The position numbers and the translations under genes are program-made. Below are positions 1 through 7,120 of a stretch of DNA of 32,910 bases, piece after piece. Source of the stretch: a virus; the IMG/VR virus record IMGVR_UViG_3300029821_000021, positions 1 through 32,910 of that record; one strand, written 5' to 3'. The notes below the pieces were generated by a model. It searched no databases. It was not told the origin of the DNA and was given only the letters and a program-made list of their open reading frames with translations. Every line of letters begins with the position of its first letter. Position 1 is the first letter of the stretch.

Positions 1-25
1 TTGCAACCTTTTTGCGCATTAAAGC

Positions 26-60
26 AAAAAAATAGGGAAGCAGATAAAAATCTACTTCCC
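26..60 (-). terminator. Rho-independent terminator-like hairpin plus T-run directly downstream of the tRNA fragment
   Basis: The minus strand forms a 10-position stem (GGGAAGTAGA/TCTGCTTCCC, one mismatch, plus coordinates 35..60). It is followed by TA-T7 (plus A-run 26..32). The element is duplicated at 32809..32843. Confidence 0.6.
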
Positions 61-75
61 TAAATTTAGCCATTC

Positions 76-127
76 TGGTGCGCCATCACGGACTCGAACC
101 GGGGACCCAATGATTAAGAGTCATTTG
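76..127 (-). tRNA. Partial tRNA-Lys(CUU): 3-prime ~52 nt only (att core homology), not a complete gene
   Basis: The reverse complement reads anticodon arm AATGA-CTCTTAA-TCATT (anticodon CTT) and variable loop GGGTC. It continues with T arm CCCGG-TTCGAGT-CCGTG (one C.U mismatch), acceptor 3-prime strand ATGGCGC, discriminator A and CCA. Sequence beyond 127 (128..170) has no D arm and no GCGCCAT 5-prime acceptor strand. Confidence 0.75.
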
Positions 128-182
128 TAACTATCATTACTTTATCGCTAATTATAGCGGAAAATGTGCGTTTCTAGAACGC

Positions 183-203
183 TTTGACACCCTTTTTGAC
201 ACC
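183..203 (+). repeat. Two direct copies of TTTGACACC at 12-bp spacing; candidate integrase arm-type binding sites (P-prime side)
   Basis: TTTGACACC occurs at 183..191 and 195..203. The same motif occurs on the other side of the tRNA-homology core at 32760..32781. Confidence 0.55.
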
Positions 204-215
204 TATCTGAAACTT

Positions 216-240
216 AAAACCGGTTTTCATCCGGTTTTTT
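216..240. terminator. Stem-loop terminator AAAACCGG-TTTTCAT-CCGGTTTT flanked by A/T runs (bidirectional-looking)
   Basis: An 8-bp perfect stem lies 3 nt beyond the stop of CDS 243..602 on the minus strand. On the plus strand the stem is followed by a T6 run. Confidence 0.7.
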
Positions 241-242
241 GT

Positions 243-602
243 CTATTTAGTTAAAGCAATTGCAGTTAAAATGCCAATTAGAATACCTATAATTGTTCCG
301 ATTGTTGTAATTATAACTACTGAACTTGTTTTCCAATTATGTTTTTCCTCATATTCATTCATTTGATTTATAATAACTGAATCTAATTTAAACATATCAC
401 CAAAAAAACCTTTAAATTTTAATAGAGTATCTTCTATTGGTGTAAAATTAATAGTCATAAGAGTATTCTTCTCTTTAATAGATAAATCAAAAGAGCTTAT
501 TTGCCAGTTAGAAATAATTGGCTTCTCAGGATTTAAAATATTAATTTGTTTAATAACGTTTTTTAAAACTTTATACTGACTTTTATTTAACATAGTTTTC
601 AC
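243..602 (-). CDS. Small C-terminally membrane-anchored protein; moron-like independent transcription unit
   Basis: 119-aa ORF with SD AAGGTGA and its own extended -10 promoter. Terminators sit on both sides. The C-terminal hydrophobic segment is VVIITTIGTIIGILIGILTAIAL. Confidence 0.7.
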   Translation of the reverse strand: MKTMLNKSQYKVLKNVIKQINILNPEKPIISNWQISSFDLSIKEKNTLMTINFTPIEDTLLKFKGFFGDMFKLDSVIINQMNEYEEKHNWKTSSVVIITTIGTIIGILIGILTAIALTK

Positions 603-614
603 CTTTTTTTAATT

Positions 615-623
615 ATTATATCA
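615..623 (-). promoter_or_regulatory. Extended -10 promoter element TGATATAAT for the moron gene
   Basis: The minus strand reads TGATATAAT about 12 nt upstream of the SD of CDS 243..602, immediately downstream of the terminator at 653..680. The -35 region is poor. Confidence 0.45.
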
Positions 624-652
624 AAATAGACAATAAAATACATGGTAAACAT

Positions 653-680
653 AAAAAAACGCTCTTTTTATGAGCGTTTT
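653..680 (-). terminator. Rho-independent terminator ending the long late operon
   Basis: The minus strand reads AAAACGCTC-ATAAAAA-GAGCGTTTT followed by a T-run, 6 nt after the stop of CDS 686..1165. Confidence 0.75.
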
Positions 681-685
681 AATAA

Positions 686-1165
686 TTATTTAGATAGTTT
701 ATTTTTGGCTTTTTCAACTAATTGAGCCAATTCAATAACTTTTTCTTGAATGATATTTAGATCTTCAATACAATCCAAATCTTCTTCTTTGAAACTTTCA
801 ACCGATTCATCTTCTGGTTGTGAAGGCTCAACAATAATATCAAGCTTTTTTTCTTCAGAAAATACTTTTTCTTCAATCGGTTCTTCTGGTTGCTCAATTA
901 TTTCGACTTTAGGTTCAATTTCAACTACTGGAGTTGGTAACTGATATGTTCCGCCGGTTCTAACAATCTCACTCATAACATCCAAACTGACTTCTAAAAG
1001 TTTTGATGCATCGTCAATTGAAATTTTCTTAGCAACTTTTTTTTGAAAGTCATATACATATAAATCACCGTTTTTAGTTACTCCAACTCCGTTCGGATAA
1101 TCAGTACATAACTTTTTTAAATCAGGAACAGTTTCAATACGTTTCCACATATATATATTCTCCAA
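686..1165 (-). CDS. Hypothetical protein with a highly acidic, Glu/Pro-rich C-terminal half (lysis-cassette position)
   Basis: 159-aa ORF abutting the holin-like gene. No recognisable enzymatic motif. Confidence 0.7.
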   Translation of the reverse strand: MENIYMWKRIETVPDLKKLCTDYPNGVGVTKNGDLYVYDFQKKVAKKISIDDASKLLEVSLDVMSEIVRTGGTYQLPTPVVEIEPKVEIIEQPEEPIEEKVFSEEKKLDIIVEPSQPEDESVESFKEEDLDCIEDLNIIQEKVIELAQLVEKAKNKLSK

Positions 1166-1167
1166 TC

Positions 1168-1611
1168 CTACGTTATTTGTTTTGTTTCTTCAATTTTATG
1201 TCTTGAACCAACTTTATTTGACAATACAACAAACTTTTCAATCAACTCACTAGCTAGTGCTGAATCAAACAAAATGCCGGCATCAATGCATTTTTGATTG
1301 ATATAGGTCAATGCATATTGCTTTTTGTTTTCACCTGAATAACCAATGAAATCTTCTGCTTTATCAACAGCTTCCTGTGCATAACTATTGATAGCATTTA
1401 ACGATTCTGCCAAAGCTGCCATTTTCTTGTTGTGTGTCATTTTTGCGTAAAATCCTATTGCAGTAGCGAGTAATGAAATAATTGCAATAACGTATTCAAT
1501 CGAATCTTTAATATCCTGAAACGAGAGATTAAAATATTTCATTGCAAAGAAAATCACAGCAAGCACTAAAACAATGATGAATAATGAAAACAAATTCGAT
1601 TTTTTAATCAT
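1168..1611 (-). CDS. Putative holin (LL-H-like: N-terminal TM segments plus soluble tail)
   Basis: Two hydrophobic segments, LFSLFIIVLVLAVIFFAM and IEYVIAIISLLATAIGFYA. The tail AQEAVDKAEDF...KKQYALTYINQK...ASELIEKFVV resembles the LL-H holin family. The gene sits after the tail genes. Confidence 0.5.
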   Translation of the reverse strand: MIKKSNLFSLFIIVLVLAVIFFAMKYFNLSFQDIKDSIEYVIAIISLLATAIGFYAKMTHNKKMAALAESLNAINSYAQEAVDKAEDFIGYSGENKKQYALTYINQKCIDAGILFDSALASELIEKFVVLSNKVGSRHKIEETKQIT

Positions 1612-1787
1612 GGCAAAGTTTCCTCCTCAACATTTGGTTCTGGATCACCATACTCGGCAATCAAGTCGTTTGTAACTGAAATCTTAGCATCGACGATTCC
1701 AATTTCTTGGTCGTACTTTGCTTTGATTTCTAATTTTTGTTCCTCTAGCTTAGATTGGTAAGCCTTAAGGTCTTTCACTGTAATCAT
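1608..1787 (-). CDS. Small hypothetical protein (59 aa), absent from the ORF track
   Basis: ATG at 1787 is preceded by the SD GGAGGAAAAG. Its TGA stop overlaps the ATG of CDS 1168..1611 (ATGA). It fills an otherwise unexplained 188-bp gap. The translation is MITVKDLKAYQSKLEEQKLEIKAKYDQEIGIVDAKISVTNDLIAEYGDPEPNVEEETLP. Confidence 0.6.
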   Translation of the reverse strand: MITVKDLKAYQSKLEEQKLEIKAKYDQEIGIVDAKISVTNDLIAEYGDPEPNVEEETLP

Positions 1788-1799
1788 TTTCTTTTCCTC

Positions 1800-2348
1800 C
1801 TATATTATTTTAAATTTGAATAACAGCGGCAATCCAATCACAACAAAAGCAAAAATAATTATTGTAATTGTTAATGATAACCAATACCATTTGATGAAAT
1901 TATTGATTTTGTCTGCTACTATCGTAATCGGCGTAAATGTCACCGAGGATATTAAAAACCATACGACAAACCAAAATGCGGACCCGCCTTTCATCATTTT
2001 AATCTTCCAAGTTTCAACAGAATCAGCAACCCCATAGTATTTACATGCTTCTTTATTAGCATCGTATGCGGCCTCCTGAACTTCTTTCTTTCCTCTACTA
2101 TCAATCTTTGATAGTTCCATTGCAATACTTAATTTGGCTTGATTAAGAATCTTTTCTTGAACTTCTGGATCATTTGATGCAATTGTAATTATTCCTTGTT
2201 TTGACATTTCTTGGACTAATAATTCAGCGTGAGAAATGTCTTTTTCTGAAGGATTAACTTCATGCTCTTTCTTTTTAAAAATGTCTTTAGGAACTTCAAG
2301 TCTTCTCTCAACAATTTTTTCTATTTCTTTTTCATTTTCATCCATCAA
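1800..2348 (-). CDS. Membrane protein with a soluble N-terminal half and two C-terminal TM segments (lysis-cassette position)
   Basis: 182-aa ORF with SD GGAGGT. The TM segments are AFWFVVWFLISSVTFTPITIV and WYWLSLTITIIIFAFVVIGLPLLF. Confidence 0.7.
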   Translation of the reverse strand: MMDENEKEIEKIVERRLEVPKDIFKKKEHEVNPSEKDISHAELLVQEMSKQGIITIASNDPEVQEKILNQAKLSIAMELSKIDSRGKKEVQEAAYDANKEACKYYGVADSVETWKIKMMKGGSAFWFVVWFLISSVTFTPITIVADKINNFIKWYWLSLTITIIIFAFVVIGLPLLFKFKII

Positions 2349-2374
2349 ACAATACCTCCATAACTATAGTTTTT

Positions 2375-2917
2375 TTATACGCCAACATCACTAAAGTACC
2401 AGGTTATTTCTCCAGTTAATTCACTATAAACACCGTAAATTTTACCGGATTCTCTTTCTATTAACTCAAATTCAGTTGTTGTGAGAAACTCAAATTGATT
2501 TTTAAAAGTTACGCATGAGTCAACATTCTCTTTCATTTCAAAAACATAATCATCTCTCTGTAATGTTTCACCATTTCCCGCTTCAATTACTTTGTAAATT
2601 AGAATAGAACGATTAGGTTTAAATTTAATTTTTATTACAAGTCCGTTGTAAATAAACGGAGTAATTACCATTTCCCCGGCAATGGTATTTTGGTACTCAA
2701 GTTCCTTAGTAACAATATCTTCAGTTCCCAAATCATATCTTAAGCTTGTTCCATCACCCATGACCAAATCAACCCATTTATTTTCGCCAAGATAATCTAA
2801 GCACAAAGTAAAATCGATGACAATTTTTGATGCATTGCTTTCGTTATCAATGTGAACATCTGAAGTCGTCACAATAGCTACGCCAGATGGTTTACACATT
2901 ACATTAATTTGTTTCAT
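2375..2917 (-). CDS. Hypothetical protein, distal tail-module position (possible baseplate or receptor-binding accessory)
   Basis: 180-aa ORF with SD AGGATGGTGA. The assignment rests on position only. Confidence 0.65.
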   Translation of the reverse strand: MKQINVMCKPSGVAIVTTSDVHIDNESNASKIVIDFTLCLDYLGENKWVDLVMGDGTSLRYDLGTEDIVTKELEYQNTIAGEMVITPFIYNGLVIKIKFKPNRSILIYKVIEAGNGETLQRDDYVFEMKENVDSCVTFKNQFEFLTTTEFELIERESGKIYGVYSELTGEITWYFSDVGV

Positions 2918-2929
2918 GCTATCACCATC

Positions 2930-4552
2930 CTATTTCAATTCTTCAAAAGTATATTTGCTTAACTTATTCTTTGAAGTGTTTTTTGATAACGTTGGAACTA
3001 TAGCGCCAGATATTTTTGTACCAGTTGCTTCTTTAATAATGTCCGTAAACTTTTCTTTTTTAAATCCAAGCTTCACTGAATATGATTTATTAGACCATCT
3101 AATTTCACTTACAGGAAGCACTTTGTAATCTCCATTAGAATCATATACAGTAATCATGTCATATAATCCATAATCAGTTAAATCTATAGGAGAATTAGCA
3201 TTATCAAGAATAATGTTCTCATTGTATCGTGAATTAACAAGTTCCCAAACTGCGTTAAATTGAGCTTTTGCCATATACTCATCTTCAAAATAACGTGTTT
3301 TTACGGGATAGACTTGGTTTGAACTTAATATGCTGCCTTCATAGATTTCGTTGTCAATACCTAAATAGTAATGAATTTCAGGTATGTTAGCAGCAAGTTC
3401 TATTGTATTTAAAACAACTTTATAATACTCGCTGTAACCATCATATGTAATTTTCAATGGAACGCCTAAATCATAATCGTTAGGATTTAATTCCGGATTA
3501 CCAATATACGGTGATGTTGGATAGCTTACACTTAATCTTGCAAGTGAGTCATATGCATTCCAATAACTTAAACCACTTGGATCAGCATAATATCCGAAAC
3601 GCTTCCATATTTTTTCAGATCGTTCAACTTTCCAATAATAATATGTATTTTCAGGAACTTGATTTGAACCACGAAATGCAAACCCTATTGGTAAATCTTC
3701 AGCATTAATAGGAATTTCACTAGCGCTTTCTATTTCAAGTTCAGTAGATCTATTGGTTTCTGGCTGTAAATCAAAATAAGCTTCAGAGCAATATACCCAT
3801 TGTTTAGTAGGTTGAAGATTTATATCTGACTTTATTCGTGCAACCGTATGATTTACTTTTACCTCACTCGATGTTTTTGAAAAAATAAAGTCATCCATTC
3901 GAATTGATCTTGTGACACCTGGTTTAATAAACTCAAAATTAATTGAATTATTGCTTAAATCATAATCTGCAATTAATATATAGACGTAATATGCTAAATA
4001 AGTTTTAATAAATTCAAAAGTGTTTGAATAAAAATAAGTACCATCAAATCTGCCTACATCACTAGTTAATGTACTATCTGTTGGAACAGTTACATTAATA
4101 CTTATAATTGAACTAGCTTGGTCAATTACTGCGTTTTTAACTTTATTAAAGATATCATCTAATCTATAATCATATCTATCATCAAATGGAGTAAAATCGA
4201 GCAAAACTTCTGTATCCCAAATAGATCTTAAATCATCGCCTTTGAAAGTAACATAACCGGTTTTTTTATCTTGAATAATAGACTTCATAAATCCGGAATA
4301 TTCCTTACTTCCGTTTTTATCATTCATTACAAACAATAATCCATCCGTTATATCGGTATCACAGTAACCTTCAAATAAGCTTGTATCGAGTTCAAATACT
4401 TTCCTGGTTATATTCCATTTAGATAATTCAACATTAGCGATATGTGAACCATCACGACCATATACAGCAATGTATTTACTCTCCGAATTCATGCATCCAC
4501 CTCCTAATAAAATGAGTGCTATTGATATAATTAAAAGTAATATTTTTTTCAT
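2930..4552 (-). CDS. Tail-tip (Tal-like minor structural) protein with a signal-peptide/lipobox-like N terminus
   Basis: The start is revised to ATG 4552 (TAATG overlap with the upstream stop, SD GGTGAT), giving MKKILLLIISIALILLGGGC... The rest resembles the N-terminal region of siphovirus minor structural/Tal proteins. The position after the Dit-like gene fits this. Confidence 0.45.
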   Translation of the reverse strand: MKKILLLIISIALILLGGGCMNSESKYIAVYGRDGSHIANVELSKWNITRKVFELDTSLFEGYCDTDITDGLLFVMNDKNGSKEYSGFMKSIIQDKKTGYVTFKGDDLRSIWDTEVLLDFTPFDDRYDYRLDDIFNKVKNAVIDQASSIISINVTVPTDSTLTSDVGRFDGTYFYSNTFEFIKTYLAYYVYILIADYDLSNNSINFEFIKPGVTRSIRMDDFIFSKTSSEVKVNHTVARIKSDINLQPTKQWVYCSEAYFDLQPETNRSTELEIESASEIPINAEDLPIGFAFRGSNQVPENTYYYWKVERSEKIWKRFGYYADPSGLSYWNAYDSLARLSVSYPTSPYIGNPELNPNDYDLGVPLKITYDGYSEYYKVVLNTIELAANIPEIHYYLGIDNEIYEGSILSSNQVYPVKTRYFEDEYMAKAQFNAVWELVNSRYNENIILDNANSPIDLTDYGLYDMITVYDSNGDYKVLPVSEIRWSNKSYSVKLGFKKEKFTDIIKEATGTKISGAIVPTLSKNTSKNKLSKYTFEELK

Positions 4553-7119
4553 TATGCGATCACCCATTTTTTATATGTTATCGTGTTAACTGTTGCTCCG
4601 GTAATATATAGAATGTGTTGTACATTATTTGCTGGTACATTGATAAAAGAATCGCCGCTGTGATCAATATAATCGTATGCGTCCGTTTCTCCATCGATGA
4701 GAACTTTCTTTGTCTCTGGATTAATTGTTAAGTTGAATGGAGTTGTTAATCCGGTAAAATCAAATGTAATACTTTGTACTATTAAGCTTGAATCTTGATT
4801 TTCTAATTCTAATTCAACCGTATTTGCAGTTACTGTTAAATCAAATATTACGGGTAGGTCAAGTGTTGTATTATTGGTAACATCCAATCCAGAAGAACTT
4901 TCAATCAACTCATAAAATGGATTTAACAGTTTAAACGAAAACTTACTTACAATTAATGCTAATGTGTTTTTTTCGGTTTTAGGAGCATTCAATAATCTAA
5001 CATCCGCAAATCTAGAACCGGCTCCCCAGTCGTATTCAATGATAGCCTTATTATTTCTTAGCATGTTCATCATCAAATTGTATCCTTCATAGGCGTTATA
5101 GTTAATTCCAAAGTTAATTTTGAATGAAATGTCTTCAAAATCTAGCTCATGGCCATATACTTGTCCATCAATCTCAAGTAATTTAAATCGATTTCCAAGA
5201 CCAACAGGTTCGATAATTAGAGCTGTTTGAGGAATATTAACACCATACTTTAAAATGTCGTACATTGCTTGCCATGCATCGATAATCGTTTGATCAGGTT
5301 CTGTTGCAAACCAACCTAAATCGTAATTAGTATCTAACGGACCTTCTATTCTTTCGTTAAATATATCCGTATACTTATTAACTTTAAAATTTGTTGCTAA
5401 TGATTGATTTTGAAAATAAGTAACTTTCGAAAAACCTAACATATAACCAATGCTTTTTATTTTTGTTTCGACCGGAGTTAAAAGTTCATAATAAATAACT
5501 TTACCAACAAGAGCGGCTTTTGCTGCTGCAACTGAAGTGCCTTTTGTAAAACCAACCCAAATTGATGTATTTGCACCACCATTAAACGCAATAGCGCCAA
5601 CTAAATTTAATGAGTCTTCTATATTAAGCACGGATACATGGTTTTCTAAACAATATTTTAAATTAACTACAGCTCCGCTTTGTATTGCAAAATCAGGTAT
5701 TATACCTCTACCTGCATAAATATAAGTAACGTTTGCATAACTATCAAAAAGAGCCCAAGTTTCAAGACCGGTAATTACATATTTTCCAATTCTCTGCACT
5801 TTATTATTAAATTCTTCTATCGTATCTTTTACTCCATTAGGTAATCTTCTTAAATGTAAATCTGTTCCATCAATATTAGTAAACTTTTGCGTTGCTGAAA
5901 TAAATGCCTCGTAGGTTGTTGCTACTGTACCCTGTTCAAGTTGGACAGTTTCCATTCTTGCCGTAGTTCCAGTGTAAACTGACAATCGGACATAGTAAGT
6001 TTGGAAAGAGGTCGTTACTGAAATTGCGGAAGAACTGTTATAGGACCGTGCTATAAACTTTTTATTAATGTCATACTCCAAAATTTGAATTGATATTGAG
6101 GTTCCAAAAATTGTTGGAGCATACGCGGTGTTAGGTTTTACTTTTATATGATTTAATGTATAAAAAGAGTTTGGTTCTGCAGTAATTGTATCTGTTGCAG
6201 ATAAATAACCACCCAAAATAAAATCATTTTTATCTAATAAATTTTTACCAACCGATTCAATCTCCGGGTTCACTACGTCTAGTAAAGCGTTTGGTAACGT
6301 GCCATCTAATATCCATGCGTCCATTTGTGATTTGATGTTTGCGTCACTCATTAAATCAAATGTCGTGTCAAAGAGAGGGCTGTATTGCTTATTGGTAATT
6401 AAACGCGAAATGTTGAATCTATAAATATAGTCAATAAATATGTTGTCCCACGCACTTGCTCTAGCGTCCCATATTCCAAGTGCTATTCCTGATACTTCGC
6501 TTGTGTAAGTATAAATTGAAGATAATAATTCGTAATTTCCACCTCCTGAATGTTGTTTAACATCGGAAGTAGAAACGCCAGGAATAAATAAACCTGCATA
6601 AACAGCATTAGATGTTGCTTTAACTTTTGCACACCAATAATATTTTTTAGTAAGAATTAGAGCCGCTACTTGCCTTACAGTTTGATACTGTGAAGCCGCA
6701 AGAAATGTCATGATACCATTCGATACACTATATGTTGCAGTACCTGCTTTGTCCCAACTTGTAGTTGAATCTAATTCTCCGTTCGTTACCAACTGCGGTG
6801 CGTCTAAAAAATAGCCATTTATAACTTCTGTTTTTGCTCCATTGAATATATCAAAGTATGAAATAGCATTACCATTTACATCATATGCGACTGTATCGTA
6901 TACCGTCTTAGCTCCAACAATATAAGTATACCCAGATACCTCAATAATACTTTTTAAATAATCATATTGCTTCTTCCACAATGGATACATTTCGTGCAAA
7001 GTTAATTCTTCATTAGTTGGATCAGTTTCAAACCAATATAAATATGTTTTGCCATCAAGAATTGGAATATATAATTCATTCTTGTTGTAATTAGTATCTA
7101 AAACATTAAGCTTTCGCAT
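4552..7119 (-). CDS. Large tail protein: two carbohydrate-binding-like jelly-roll modules fused to a C-terminal distal-tail-protein (Dit)-like region
   Basis: 855 aa, immediately after the tape measure. Module motifs include TNGELDSTTSWDKAG...IFIDYIY and VQLEQGTVATTYEAF. The C-terminal ~270 aa are Dit/Sipho_tail-like (LLEIDGQVYGHELDF..., IEYDWGAGSRFADVRLL). Confidence 0.45.
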   Translation of the reverse strand: MRKLNVLDTNYNKNELYIPILDGKTYLYWFETDPTNEELTLHEMYPLWKKQYDYLKSIIEVSGYTYIVGAKTVYDTVAYDVNGNAISYFDIFNGAKTEVINGYFLDAPQLVTNGELDSTTSWDKAGTATYSVSNGIMTFLAASQYQTVRQVAALILTKKYYWCAKVKATSNAVYAGLFIPGVSTSDVKQHSGGGNYELLSSIYTYTSEVSGIALGIWDARASAWDNIFIDYIYRFNISRLITNKQYSPLFDTTFDLMSDANIKSQMDAWILDGTLPNALLDVVNPEIESVGKNLLDKNDFILGGYLSATDTITAEPNSFYTLNHIKVKPNTAYAPTIFGTSISIQILEYDINKKFIARSYNSSSAISVTTSFQTYYVRLSVYTGTTARMETVQLEQGTVATTYEAFISATQKFTNIDGTDLHLRRLPNGVKDTIEEFNNKVQRIGKYVITGLETWALFDSYANVTYIYAGRGIIPDFAIQSGAVVNLKYCLENHVSVLNIEDSLNLVGAIAFNGGANTSIWVGFTKGTSVAAAKAALVGKVIYYELLTPVETKIKSIGYMLGFSKVTYFQNQSLATNFKVNKYTDIFNERIEGPLDTNYDLGWFATEPDQTIIDAWQAMYDILKYGVNIPQTALIIEPVGLGNRFKLLEIDGQVYGHELDFEDISFKINFGINYNAYEGYNLMMNMLRNNKAIIEYDWGAGSRFADVRLLNAPKTEKNTLALIVSKFSFKLLNPFYELIESSSGLDVTNNTTLDLPVIFDLTVTANTVELELENQDSSLIVQSITFDFTGLTTPFNLTINPETKKVLIDGETDAYDYIDHSGDSFINVPANNVQHILYITGATVNTITYKKWVIA

Positions 7120-7120
7120 A

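Larger units (their letters stand above)
1..127. repeat. Terminal direct repeat, copy 1 (identical to 32784..32910)
   Basis: Base-by-base comparison gives 127/127 identity. The copy starts at window base 1. Confidence 0.97.

Noticed and set aside
76-170. A complete tRNA gene on the minus strand
   Set aside because: Only the anticodon arm through CCA is present. The sequence beyond 127 has no D arm and no 5-prime acceptor strand complementary to ATGGCGC.
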